From: Octopus vulgaris
Lineage: Eukaryota
Length of the DNA: 64,000 bases
Assembly (NCBI GenBank): GCA_951406725.2
Contig: OX597815.1
Coordinates: 133,734,001-133,798,000, forward strand
Direction: 5' to 3'
Shown: in pieces, positions 11,942-25,021 of the stretch
Layout: the number at the start of each line of letters is the position of its first letter
How positions within the stretch are numbered: position 1 is the first letter of the stretch
The notes under the pieces: generated by a model
Told to the model about the DNA's origin: nothing
The model's database searches: none
What the model saw: only the letters and a program-made list of their open reading frames with translations
Translations under genes and position numbers: made by a program

Positions 11942-12180
11942 GGGCGGCGAGCTGGCAGAAACGTTAGCACGCCGGGCGAAATGCTTGGCAGTATTTCGTC
12001 TGCCGCTACGTTCTGAGTTCAAATTCCACCGAGGTCGACTTTGCCTTTCATCGTTTCGGGGTTGATTAAATAAATATCAGTTACGCACTGGAGTCGATAT
12101 AATCGACTTAGTCCGTTTGTCTGTCCTTGTTTGTCCCCTCTGTGTGTAGCCCCTTGTGGACAGTAAAGAAATAGAAATAG
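11942..12180 (+). mobile_element. SINE family A head with tail-B body, immediately upstream of the LINE
   Basis: Ends TAAAGAAATAGAAATAG, followed by the target GTATTTCGTCTGTCT (12181-12195). Confidence 0.9.
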
Positions 12181-12360
12181 GTATTTCGTCTGTCTGTTAT
12201 TGAAAATTTATTGTTGGAGTGTGTTCTTAAGTTTCTGTTAATTGTTATATCCCTTGTTGTGCCTATTGTTGGATTTATTGTTTAAAAATTGTATTATAGT
12301 TTTCTTTCGAAAGCCATCAGTGGTTTTCCCCTGTGGGGGAAAACATTAATTGCCGGCAAG

Positions 12361-13672
12361 ATGCCGAAAAGTGTGTCTTCGTCGAGTGAAGATTCATCGG
12401 CCGAGCGGGAAGCAAGGAAGATAGAAAGTTTAATTTGTGATAACATTTCTGATGTTTCGGAAAGTGAATTCCCTGCATTGCCAAAAGTTACGGATACCAA
12501 AAGAAATATAGAAGCAAAGACCATTCAAAATGAAGAAAGAAAAAGTTTTGCGTCAGCAGCTGGTAGTGGAACGCGACAGCTGTTAACTGACAAAAAATAA
12601 TTATTAAAATACAAGGAAATGATAACAGAACGAGATGGAGTGGTAAAAGTGGAATACCAGAAGAATTAACGAAGGAAAAAAGGAAAATTATTATTTTTAA
12701 GACATTCTGCTTAAAAGCTCGAAGAATTCACAAGATATGTGAGCAAAAAATTGAAAAATGTTTAAAACCCATCTGGCAGGACATTACATATCTAGCCAGA
12801 GGGAAGAAGTTTGGAACCATCGTGTTAAGAACGCAGAAACGGCACAACAACACCCTGTAAAATCATTAGAGTCGGAAGACACAATATTAATCCTAATTTA
12901 CATGGGAATGAGAATATCAAAGGTTAGAATACCAAGAATTCCACCCGGAGTAAACCCTATGTGCTTGATGGCGGCAGTCCTGGCAAACAGGGAGGATAAT
13001 ATTAACCTCCTGCAGGCTACCGTCACAGAGAATACATATTGGACTGGACAAACGCTCAACCTGATACTGCTGGCTGACCAAAAAATTTTTAGAACAGCTC
13101 CCAAAAATAGTAGAAGTAGGGAAGGAAGTTCTAAATATTTTTGTTGAGGGATGTAAGCTCCGATGTTTCTAGTGTGGCCAACTGGGTAACATTAAAAGTA
13201 TTGTAAAGAAGGGGAAGAAGAATTGGACGGTGAGGAGGTAGAAAAAGAGAGAGAGAAACAAGGAAAAATAAGCAACAAAAGGAAAAAGGAAGGCTCGAAC
13301 CAGCAAAAGCAGAGCGAGCCAGCCGAGACAAAAAAATAAATAAATAAACAGCCAAGAGAGACAGACCGAGGATGGCGGAGGGGGAGACGAACAAAGAAAT
13401 AGTTGCACTACACACCAAAAACGAGGATTTAATGCGTGATATAAAAACAAAAAAATCAGCCACTAGGCTAATTGAACTATCAGACAAATATAAAAACTAT
13501 GAATTTTAAGAATTGGACAAAAAATACATATAACATCTTGTTTAATACGTATAGAAAATCGGTCTCAACATTGAGATTTGATTTTCATCAATCTATGTTT
13601 GAAGGCTTGCCACCTCCGACCCCAAGTCAAGAAAAGGTGGAGAGTCCCTCTCCACAGGACGCTCCGATCTGA
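12361..13672 (+). pseudogene. LINE ORF1 (disrupted; CCHC-type zinc knuckle)
   Basis: Co-linear ORF pieces 12289-12600, 12758-13147 and 13472-13672; VEGCKLRCF*CGQLGNIK at ~13144-13200, followed by a Lys/Glu-rich segment. Confidence 0.7.
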
Positions 13673-13689
13673 AAGGTAAATCACGTCTA

Positions 13690-16600
13690 TTCACATTGGT
13701 TGTATAAATGTCCGTAGCTTGATGTCGAGTTGGAAGCAAGGACGCTTCCTAAATGACATCAGGTCAAGAAATTTGGATGTAATTGTTGTAATGGAAACCC
13801 CGGTGAAGGGGCCAAGAGATCTGTTCCCCCTCCTGAACGACTACGAGAAATACGTTTCTCCAAGTCGGGCGGGCGGTGGGGGCGGGTGTTGGTCCTACTA
13901 AAAAGAAACCGGGTAATCGAGAAAAGGTTGGTTTTTTTCCTGATCTAGAAGACAGGCTGGTCGTTCTCGACCTGACTGTCAGTTGTGACAAGACAATCAG
14001 GCTGGTTGCAATTTATGCACCCAACGTTATGGGTCCGAAAAGTGAATATTTTCGTGACCTGGGCAAGTTCCTAGCCACGTCGCATTCGCTAGTATTGATG
14101 GGAGACTTTAACACAATTTGTGACGCGCGCACAGATTGTGTTGGCTCGAACATGAATAGAAAATGTAATCTTGGCTTTCGGGATCTGTTAAGTCACTTTC
14201 AACTGGCAGATCCATATAAGTTGGAACATCCGAACACTCCACAGTGGACGTGGCCAAATAGTGGCGAGTCTTCCAGAACATATAGATAGGGTTTTAATTA
14301 GAAAACAGATAAGTGCATAGCTAAGTGTCCACAGTTTCATCTAGTCAGCTACAGTGATCACATGATGATTACCTGTAAGCTGACAGTAGATAAGTTACAT
14401 AGACAGGGATCTGGCTACTGGAAACTCAATACGTCCCTTTTGGCGATTGAGGAGTACAGAAAGCAGATCAAGAAGTTAATTCAGAGGGCATTGACAGGTA
14501 CCATCATTAATAATAAATGGAGGTATGCCCTAAAAAGAGCCATAAAATGTGAGTCTATTAGGTTTAGCATAAGTTTAGCTAAGAAGGGACGTAGAATAAG
14601 AGATGGTATAGTTAAGGAACTAGAAGAAGTCTTGAGGTCTGGTAATGCGGACCAAGTGAAGGTAAAGAGACAGGAGTTGAACCAGTATCTTGAAACCCAA
14701 CACATGGGAAGTATTATCAGAGCTAAGTTACGTGCGATGGGAAGTGAAGGAATCAAGGCCGCTGGATGGGCCCGAGTGACGGAAGCTCGACAAGGAAATA
14801 GTTCCACTATTCGGTCTATGACGAACCAAAACGGTGTCTTGGTAAACGAACCCGAGGTAATGTGTGAGGCATTACGGAAGTACTTCGCCCAGCTGTTCGG
14901 GGGTTATGGCGGTCCTGATGGTAGGGAAATCCTCGAGGACTGTCTTATCGGGCTACCACGCCTCTCGGGGTCGGATGCGGAGGCTTGCGAGGGGCCTATC
15001 ACGTCTGGGGAGGTGACGGAGGCTATGGCTGACTATAAAGCGGGTAAGTCGCCGGGACTTGATGGTCTTCCTTACGAACTATATAAATGTATGCCAGACT
15101 TGTTCTGGCATCTACTGGCTAGCCTGGTGCGAACTGGCAACAGAATGGGTTTATTCCCAGATCTGTGCGCCGGGGAGTGGTGACGTTGATCAGAAAGGAC
15201 CCGGACCTGGCCCATCAGAATAATTTCCATCTTATTCGCTATACCATAGAGAGGGTTGGTGATAACTCTGGCAAAGGTGGGGCATTGGTGCATTTAGACC
15301 AATCTAAAGCTTTTGATAGGGTCGACCATTGATACCTGGCGACTGTGCTTGCGCGGTTTGGCCTGGACCTTGGCTTCATCAGGTGGTTCATCGCTCTGTA
15401 TCACAACAGTGACTCGATAGTTCGGGTGAACGGTTTCCTTTCGAAACCGTTCTGCATCAGACGCTCGGTTCAGCAAGGACGTCCGCTCTCGCCACTTTTG
15501 TATGTGGTGGCTCTTGAGCCCCTACTGCAAAAGTTGAGTGACATCCTGAGAGAACCAGATTTAGAGGAGTTTGTTTCAGCTTACGCGAACGATATCACTA
15601 TCAGCGTTACCACAGTAGCACGCCAATGTGAAGTGGGTAAGGCTATTGAGGTTTACGAGACGGTGGCAGGAGCAAAGGTCAACCGGGAAAAGTTGGTCGG
15701 CTTGCAGCTCGGCGCTGGGTTGACAAGTCGATGCCTTCAGACAGCGTTGTTGGGCGCTGGACGGAGGGACCGGTTAAATTGCCGGGAGTCTGGTTTGGAC
15801 CAGGCCTCCAGATACAGAAGAACTGGACGGAGGTTTCGAGCAGGGTGGCTGCAATAGTCAAGACCTGGTCTTGGCGGTGGCTATCCCTGAAAGGGAGGGC
15901 GGAGGTGTCCAATGTGTTTATCGCATCGGTCATTACTTACCGTCAGACCCCTCGTGTCCTGTCCGGATTCGTGGATGATCAGGTTGGAGAGGCAGCTCTT
16001 TCACTTTTTGTGGAAGAACAAGTCGCTACTTGTGAAACGCTCTATCTGTTGTCAGAAGCCGTTAAAGGGAGGTTTAGGGATGCCTTGGTTAATGATGCGC
16101 AGGCATGCGTTGAGGTTGAGGCATCTCTGTATTCTCCTGGATGGTGAACGGGTGTGGTCTCCGCTAGCCAGACAAATGTTCCCCGAGTTCAAAAGTTTTT
16201 GCGAACAGGAAGCCTGGTGTTCTCGTAGACCGAGGTCGAGTAAGTGGCATATGGAGTGTCGTAAGGCCTTCCTGCTATTCCGGCGCTCGGGCAACGCCAG
16301 CGGTGGGGGTTCTACACCTTTTTAATATAGTGGGTTGGTAGAGTCTGAATGTGACGATGGTCTGGGGGCGACTCTAAGTCTCGGGTATATTCAGCTCGAC
16401 AGCCTGTTCCACCATACATTCGGGTTGAGAACGTTGGACAATTTCCAAAAGTCCTTGACCTGGCAATGTTACAGGGGCGCCTTGACCGTTTGGGACAAAC
16501 TCGCAAGACATGTCCAAGATGCGTGGTGGGTGGGCTAGGGAAACCGTCTCTCACGCTATTGTCCGGTGCCCGGAAATATTTGAAATGTGGGTTTATGCTG

Positions 16601-16911
16601 AACACCTGTTGTCTGGCGAAGAAAGAGTACAGCTGTCGACTGGGTCAATTATAAAAATTGACCCACCGGAATTTTTAACAAATGAAGGTAAGAATTGTTT
16701 TCTCACGGTTGTTGCAATAGCGAAAGAGGCAGTCTGGAAGACTAAGATAAAAGGGATTAAGACGGGTAACTTTATCTCCGGCCACGAGTTAAGATCGTTT
16801 TTCACTTTTCACATGAGAACTTGGCTGGAGAAGAGATGGCTGTTGGAGAGTGTGTTCAAAAAAAGATGGAAGCATGTTGCACGAGTGCTGTGCGTGCAAG
16901 GAACTATGTGA
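13690..16911 (+). pseudogene. LINE ORF2 (APE endonuclease + reverse transcriptase), frameshifted
   Basis: Endonuclease: CINVRSL, IYAPN, MGDFN, WTW, YSDH, GYWKLN. RT: KSPGLDGLPYELY, LDQSKAFDRVDH, SVQQGRPLSPLLY, AYANDI (YADD mutated). C-terminal CPRC...ETVSHAIVRCP. The RPITLLN segment appears deleted near 15215. Confidence 0.92.
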
Positions 16912-17154
16912 ATAAGACGGGAAAAAAAGAACAAAAATAAGGGTACCAGCGATAGATCGGGGCTTGTGGGGTCGGAGCGTGGCCTAATCATCGCTTCATT
17001 TGTATTGTCTCTGTATTGTTAATTTCATTCGATTTTTTAATATTTTATTAAAATTTTTAAAGTCATATTATATGTAAATCATATTGCATTACTGATCCCA
17101 TCAGTTGTTCTGTCCATTTCTATGTTTGGCCCCCGGTGGGCAATAAAGAAATTG

Positions 17155-17291
17155 CTATTTCGTCTGTTTTTACGTTCTGAGGTTGATTTTTGCCTGTCAT
17201 CCTTTCGGGGTCGATAAATTAAGTACTAAGGTCGATCTAATTGACTGGCCCCCTTCCCAAAATTTCGGGCCTTGTGCCTAGAGTAGAAAAG
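17155..17291 (+). mobile_element. 3' remainder of the host family A SINE (tail A)
   Basis: Resumes TATTTCGTCTG...TACGTTCTGAG...CCTTGTGCCTAGAGTAGAAAAG; outer TSD ATTATATCTTATCGACT (11924-11940) / ATTATATCTTATCAACT (17292-17308). Confidence 0.88.
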
Positions 17292-17389
17292 ATTATATCT
17301 TATCAACTCCCAGAAGGATAAAAGTAAAAGTCAATCTGGGCAGAATTTTAACTCAATACCCTCAGGTTACTAGAAAATTAAATACTTGT

Positions 17390-17585
17390 TTCTAATTTAG
17401 GCACAAGACCAGCAATTTTGATGGGAGGAAGTTAGTCGATAGCATCGACTTCAGTAGTTTACTAGTATTTTATAGACCCCGAAGGGATGGAAGGCTTGAT
17501 GAGATTTGAACTCAGAAGATTGAGACGCAAGTAATACTGCAAAGTATTTTCCGCCAGCGCTTTAATGATTCAGCCAACCCACTGC
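17390..17585 (-). mobile_element. Diverged SINE family A copy
   Basis: Reverse complement of tail A, body and degraded head. Confidence 0.7.
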
Positions 17586-17689
17586 ATTGACAGAAAATAA
17601 AATAATTCTCACAAGACGAAGTTTCCGATAAGTCTTTAGTGGGAGGAGACAGCAGGGCCGGCCCTAAGCGTGATGATGGCCGCAGTAAA

Positions 17690-18088
17690 CTGAATTTCGG
17701 ATTATGTAGAGATAAAGTGTTTATTACAATTTATTGAATATAAGAATAATTTGTGTATCTTATTCATTTACATTTTCTTCTTTATTTTGAAGATCTCAGA
17801 CACATGACGTGGTGACCCCAAGCACATGATACCCCCGGTTACTGCCCGAGTTGCTGTCACCATCAGCTGCTCTTAGAAGACAAGAAATTGTGATGTTTTT
17901 CGTAACAACTTGGGCAGTCACCCGGGATGTCATGTGCTTAGGAGGACGGTGCTCTGAGCACCTTATCATGTGTTAGAGATCTTAGAAATTAAAAAAAAAA
18001 ATGAAAATAAAAATTGCTAAAATGAACACTTTATTCGTATATTAATAATTATAATAAACACTTTAACTGTACTTTATTCTGAAATCTA
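17690..18088. repeat. Imperfect inverted repeat, probably MITE-derived
   Basis: ~17690-17852 is an inverted match to ~17906-18088 (ACTGCCCGAGTTG / CAACTTGGGCAGT; AAGTGTTTATTA / TAATAAACACTT); hAT-like CAGGGCCGGCCCT at 17652. Confidence 0.6.
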
Positions 18089-19598
18089 GCTTGTTCTTCC
18101 ACTAAAAACTTGAGACTCCGTTTATTATTTTATATTCTGTTAGATTGGTTGGTTGGCACAAATGTTCGACCGATGGACAAAATGCTTTGCGGTATTTCTT
18201 GTGGTGTTTGTTTACGAGGACTATGAAGGCGATAAATGAAATAGTGTTAGCTGAAACTAAGTGTTATTCGAAACTAAGATGAAGTCAATGTCCACTGATC
18301 TCTTATCGACATAAAGTTAATTGCTATCGTAATTGTTTAGCTCCAGGTCAGCCCTAATCAAGCCGACCCATGACTTAAGGCATTCCACTCATCACTACAC
18401 GGCCTGCTAGGCTTAAGAACTACGTCAAAACAGTAGGATATGCCATGATTTCGCTGCTATATCTAGCAGATCGAACGACTGCGTTGAGGCTCCGTCGGAA
18501 GCCTAACGAAATTGTAATTTTGAATCGAAACCGCATCGAGTTACATACTGCCTCATTAATTGTTTAGTTCCTGATCAACTCTGATCGAGATCTGAGCAAA
18601 GACATTCCAGCTATGACGCTCACTCCTTTTAAAGGTTAGCTGGGATTAGATTGTCAAATATATCCTTTTTTTTTAAGACGCTAGAGGGTGATGCAAGAGG
18701 GATTCGGCTGCTATTTCCAGCAGATCGAACAGAGGTTCTCTCATAAGCCAGTACCTCACTAGAAATTCCTTGTAATATAAGAACATGGATTAGGGAGGGA
18801 AAGAAGTCACGACGTTCATGCTGATCCAAATGATATTTTCAAAGTAATTTCATATTGCACAGAAATAAATCATTTAGAGCGAGAATCGAAATCAGATCGC
18901 AGTCTCGTCAGCCTGGAGAAGCAGGCGGGATTAGTTCTGATCACTGATCGACAACCATGCTCGCTATTACAGTCGCATCATACTAATAAATAATATAACG
19001 CATACTATTATCAGTAGTAGGGGATATATGTGTAGTAGTTAACTACTACTACTACTACTACAATCGCGTGCAAGTAGTATTAGTAGTAGTAAGAACAATA
19101 GCAGATAATAGTATCAGCAGCAACAACAACGCATCCCTCTCTTTAAGCTTGTATTTAGTGATTTAAATAGTTTAAGGCTCTGTTGATAATTTCCCCACTT
19201 CTTTGTTGGATTCGATCTGTTTTCTCTATCTTTGAAACAAATACACATACATGCACGCGCACGTATATTCTTTGTCCTCTTCTGTTTATAATGAGTGAGA
19301 ACGAGCAAGTTTCTCCCAAAAGAGCCAGTTTCGATCCCTGCTGCAATAGCATCACTTTATAATAGATAAACCCAGCCCTTTCACTTTTCAAGGTTTCCGC
19401 GTACAAAAACAGTTTTCTTTCAATGGCCACGTTCTCCATTCAAAGTTGCATTCACGTCCGCCTGTATTTTTAATACTAGTTCTCTCGTAGCTAGATCTAT
19501 TTTTCAGAATTCATTCAAGGCTAAGTCTTGCTTAGAGATATATCTAGAGATATTAATGCAATGTTAAAAAGTATTAAAATTTGAAGGGCTTTAAACAC

Positions 19599-19602
<4 letters not shown>

Positions 19603-19642
<40 letters not shown>
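19603..19642. repeat. (GA)n microsatellite
   Basis: Direct reading. Confidence 0.95.
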
Positions 19643-19645
<3 letters not shown>

Positions 19646-19856
19646 TAGGAGGAGGATAACGAGGAAGAAGAAAGAATAGGAGTGATGAAGAAAAGAGAAA
19701 AGAGGAGGGATTATGAGAAAACTTAACGGGGAAAAAGGGAACACTTTAGCTGCTGTTGCTGCTGCCGTAGCTGTTGCTGCTATAGATGTGGTGAAGCAGT
19801 GAAGGAGTCCTTTAATTGTTGGTGTAGGTTCTAAACTGTATGTGTGTAAGTACGAA

Positions 19857-20070
19857 TTGTTTAACCTCTGGTCAGTTCCGATCAAGTAGACCTATGGTCG
19901 ATCAAAAAGCATTCCAGCCGTGACCATCCCGTTTTTCTGTTTTACAGATACAGTGTATCCCAGATCACATCCAATGTGTCCTTTTCTAAAGACGGTAGGG
20001 CGTGATTCGAGAGAGATTTGGTTGCTGTTTCTAGCAGGTTGACTGACCACGTAGATGTTTCTTTGTTGGC
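19857..20070 (+). repeat. Repeat family E, best-preserved copy
   Basis: TTGTTTAACC...GCATTCCAGCCGTGACCATCCCG...AAGACGGTAGGG...TTTCTAGCAGG...GTTGGCT. Confidence 0.75.
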
Positions 20071-20944
20071 TATTAGTAAGAGTGGTGTGCTAAGGAGGCG
20101 GAGTGAGGTGAAGAAGGAATGATTGCCACTATTAGGAAGTGAAAAAAGAAACAAAAAATAGGGAGAGATAGAAAGAGCGAGCGAGGAAGAGAGGGAGTGA
20201 GAGAAAGGCCTTCCCGTCAATGCCTAGCAGTTATACATCCTAACACTCACATGCATCATCTGAATGCTGTATGTCGGTAATTGTAATATCTCGACACATG
20301 TAATCAGAGATAGATAGATTGTGAGTTATTAGTGTAAAGAGAGAGAGAGAAAAATAGAAAGCGTGTCGGTGTGTGAGTGTGTGGGAAAAAAAGAGGGGAT
20401 GCTCTAAAAGAAAGCAAGTAAGTCTGTGAGTGAGAAGGGAGACACAAAGTAAGAAAGAGAAGAGAGAGACTGAAATGTGTTGGTATTCCTTGTTACGGCC
20501 GACTCCTATCACTTGTCCTTGCCAAAGAAGCGAAAAGCTAGATTGAATTAGGGAGAAAGAATGATAAGTCTGCTAGCAGATTAGTACGGACACATGGAGA
20601 AGGCGAATGAACAATGACCATGCGGACCAGACTTCCGGATACCCCAATTTACCAACAGTTGTTGCAGCACATTATGGCTTAGCTGAGAACTTGTTCGCTT
20701 CGAGTTCGTAACTCAGGTAGGGGAAGCATTGTTTTCTAATCCTCACACATTCTTCTATGTACCATGCTTACACAACGAATCCTTTGTTTGCTTTACAACT
20801 TTTTCTTCTATTTTAACACCGGCTCTATGTCATACTGTTTACCCGCAAAAAGTATTGGGTGATAGAAATATTAAAAATCTCTCATACAACGTGCATGATT
20901 GAAACATGAACCTTGCACATCTTTGTACACATTTGGTTCGCAAG

Positions 20945-21142
20945 TCGGCAAGCTAGCAGAATGCCTTGAGGTGTTTGTCCTGGCTCTTTACGCTCTGAGT
21001 TCAAATCCCGCCGAGGTCAACCTTGCCCTTCATCCCTTCAGAGTGGATATTAATAAAGTACGAGTCAAGTACTACGGTTGATAATAGCTTCTAATCCCGT
21101 CCCTCAAAATTGCCGACCTTGTGCCTAGATTAGAAACCATTA
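20945..21142 (+). mobile_element. SINE family A, tail-A variant (diverged)
   Basis: B box GAGTTCAAATCCC, body and tail. Confidence 0.75.
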
Positions 21143-22469
21143 TTTGTGTCTGCATGCGCGTTTACATTGACAATGTATTTACTATATACTTGCTCAGTGA
21201 GTTTTAGAAACCTCCTCTAAAGGCTCACAAAATATATACATATGCACAGAAGTGAGTGTATATGCACAAAGCATGCAGAATATTACTTTTATGTTTACTA
21301 TGATATATATATTTTTACGATGGAGGCACAAACTTAAGATTCGCTTTTATTAATTTGTTCGACATGTAGCGAGTTACTTCTCTGATTAAATAACCTGACA
21401 CACAAACAAGCTAAGAACCAAAATTCCCGAGAGAGAACATAATCGCACTTAATCAATTTGCAACCCTCTTTTTTCCCCACTTTTTTTTATTTAGCGAGAA
21501 CATATCAACAAGAAGGTAGATCTATCGTAGTTTCTGAAGTTTCTTTCTTCTTTCATTCTCAATCACCAAAACCTGCAATACCGCTGATGTAACATATATA
21601 TAATATAATATAATATAATATAATATATATTTGTGTGTGTGTAAATGCTTTTGAGGACATCTAGAATTGGACAAAGTAAAAAAGGACAGTATCGGTTTGG
21701 GAAAAGGAAATAAGCTGTATTATGCATACACACAAACACATAAAAATATGTATATACGTGTATGCATATAGATTTATGTGTGTGTGGTTTTGTTGTTTGA
21801 CCTCAGGTCAGCCATCAAAGATGTATTTTAACCGTATCCACCCCTTGTTTTTAGGGGTATGTAGAATTACATTAGCCATGTGTCTTCGCCTTATTTAAGA
21901 TAAATAGGGCATAGAGTAATAAAGATTTGGGCTGCTATTTCTAGCGTATGGAACAACCACTTTGAGATTCTCATTCTCATTTATCTTTTTGTAATTTTAT
22001 TAAGTCTTATTTATGCAATTTATTTTACAAACTGTATTTGCTGTCCCCTTTCCGATATTATTCTAGTGTGTCCGTGTCCGTGTGCGTGTGTATAAGTTGT
22101 TGCTAGCAATCCTTTTTGTAGCAACAGTCAGATTGACAACAATAGGACACTATCGTGTATGTTCCCTCGCCTCTTGTAGTCTGTTGCGACAAAACAAGAA
22201 ACAGACCTGAGCTTGCTGCCATCCAGTGATTCCAACAGCTGCATAGCTTTACACTTAGTATCATTCGCATTCTTCACATGCCTTTTATTCAGACCCCTAT
22301 CTGTCTATCTATTATAAATGGATGGAGAAATGAAGATATGTAGACAGTTTTTGTTGTTGTTGTTTTTATCTAATTTCTGAAAGATGAGTGTGTGTACGTG
22401 TACCTATATAGTAGAAGTGCATATATGCGTGTGTCATAAATTAATCACCCGCATACAAATCAAACTGAC

Positions 22470-22517
<48 letters not shown>

Positions 22518-23655
22518 TATACACTTGGTGTAAATTGTTTACGCATGAGGGTGTGTTTTTTTTGTATTTGTCTCGCCTATAGGAAAAGCTTATGTGCCCT
22601 GTGAATCCTGTTAATGACGCCGACAACGTTCCGCTTGAACTATTTGCGACTTATTCGTCTAAGTGTATTTAAAGTACTTTTGTATTCATAAGAGTGAATG
22701 CAGATACAAACATATAGATAACACACTATAGCCGGTGTGAGATCGTCTATGTGGTCGTAGAAATAGAAGCCAAATCTCCCTCATCTCACCCTAGTATTTT
22801 ATAAAAAAAGGAAAACAAAAAAAACGAACATTAGACAATGTAGTACCCCCCCCCCCCCAAGTGTGCGTATATATTATTATTATTATTAATAATAATAATT
22901 AGCAGAAGCAACAGAGTGAATCAAGAGCCGAGAGTTTCGTGCATTGGCACTTATCAAACTACACACACACACACACACATATATATGAAATAGACGGAAA
23001 TAATGGGTTATATACATTTATTTAGCTATACATACTGCATTTTCAGATATGCATTTGGGTGCGTTCATGGTTCAATTTTTGATCGATTGATTGATCGACC
23101 GAAAATATAAGGAAGCGATCCTCACAGTATCTTCGTCAGAGCCAAAACAAATCCACTGCCAAAGAAATATATATATATATCCATATATATTAGACAAAGT
23201 GGTCATCGTAGGAATGCTTTTGATCACATAATTGTTTTGAAATGGGCTGAAACTGCCTAAATGATGAACTACAATAGCCTTTGCCATTGAAGTAAAGTTA
23301 AACCTGGTGTGCTTGCTTGGGCTTTTAGCAGATTCATCACCAGTTCGTATGTGCAAAATCCCTAATGAGCACTGAATGAACCAGCTGTGATGTTAGACTG
23401 ATGTTAAGAGTCGGTAGTAGCGGGAGATGGAGCGAAGATATTATTCAGGGTACAAAAATTTCAGTAATTTCAAATGTAATGTAGAGTATATTCTATTTTT
23501 CAAAAATAACATGCAGTTTTAGCCTCACTACGAAAAGTAAACAAAGAATTTACACTGCAAGTTTTATTTTTCTGATGACAGAAATGTGGGATCAATATTC
23601 CCCGTTTCTTGCCTTTTAGCACCTTTATCACGCAGAGTAGTAAATTTTAGATGTT

Positions 23656-23656
<1 letters not shown>

Positions 23657-23688
<32 letters not shown>

Positions 23689-23721
23689 GTATATATATAT
23701 GTATATATATATATGTATATA

Positions 23722-23756
<35 letters not shown>

Positions 23757-24099
23757 ATATATGTATATGTATATATATATGTATATGTATATATATATGT
23801 ATATGTATATATATATGTATATGTATATATGTATGTATATGTATATATATATGTATATGTATATATATATGTATATGTATATGTGTATATATATGTATAT
23901 GTGTATATATATGTGTATATATATGTATATGTGTATATATATATATGTATATGTGTATATATATATATGTATATGTGTATATATATATATGTATATGTGT
24001 ATATATATATATATGTATATGTGTATATATATATATGTATATGTGTATATATATATATATGTATATGTGTATATATATATATGTATATATATGTATATA

Positions 24100-24144
<45 letters not shown>

Positions 24145-24157
24145 GTATATATATATG

Positions 24158-24192
<35 letters not shown>

Positions 24193-24209
24193 GTATATAT
24201 GTATATATA

Positions 24210-24255
<46 letters not shown>

Positions 24256-24509
24256 ATATGTATATATATATGTATATATATGTATGTATATATGTATATA
24301 TATATGTATATATATATGTATATATATGTATATATATATATATGTATGTATGTATATGTATATATATGTATGTATGTATATGTATATATATATATGTATG
24401 TATTGTATATATATATGTATATATATATGTATATATATATATGTATGTATGTATATGTATGTGTATATATATGTATGTGTATATATATATGTATGTATGT
24501 ATATATATG

Positions 24510-24541
<32 letters not shown>

Positions 24542-24578
24542 TGTATGTATGTATGTATGTATGTATGTATGTATGTAT
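23657..24578. repeat. ~920-bp compound (TA)n/(TATG)n microsatellite
   Basis: Direct reading; explains the long Y/I/M/C ORFs on both strands. Confidence 0.97.
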
Positions 24579-24719
24579 CACGGTGCACGCAAACTAAGCT
24601 GAACTGGTCAGTCGTGCTTGTGCTCACGACTTGGCCCTGACCTTCATCAGAGAATAAACAGTAGTAGAAGCGTATTTATATCCACCTCCCCCGTAGCTGA
24701 CATCTGATGACTCGTTGCT

Positions 24720-24980
24720 ATCACGTATTGTGTGTTTACACGCATCTGTGTTGGTATATCTGTTGTGCGCGTTGTACGTGTTTTGCACTCGTGCGAGCAG
24801 ATATGCAATGTGTATGTGCAAGAGTTAGCCTTCACAGTTTGTGAGTCTGAGCGCGTGTGTTCGCGCGCATTGTGTGTCAATGTATATCACCGTGCATTTT
24901 TATGTGCAAGTGTACGAGTGGGTTTGCTTTATATATGTTTATACATGAGTTAATGTATTCGAGTGCCATGTGTGTATGTG

Positions 24981-25021
<41 letters not shown>

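Larger units (their letters stand above)
12196..17154 (+). mobile_element. Near-full-length inactivated L1/Tx1-type non-LTR retrotransposon
   Basis: 5'UTR, ORF1 with zinc knuckle, ORF2 with APE endonuclease, RT and C-terminal Cys/His motif, 3'UTR ending AATAAAGAAATTG; ~15-bp TSD GTATTTCGTCTGTCT (12181-12195) / CTATTTCGTCTGTTT (17155-17169). Confidence 0.92.

Noticed and set aside
12196-17154. Active LINE or domesticated RT gene
   Set aside because: Many stops and frameshifts, YADD changed to YAND, and an apparent internal deletion in the RT
23586-24640. ORFs of ~300 aa on both strands (similar ones at 49280-49872, 55300-55870 and 59600-60250)
   Set aside because: Translations of TA/TG microsatellites that lack stop codons
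24600-24655. Minus-strand hammerhead (CTGATGA followed by a GGTCA/TGACC, GTCGTG/CACGAC stem)
   Set aside because: No GAAA after stem II, so at best a dead remnant
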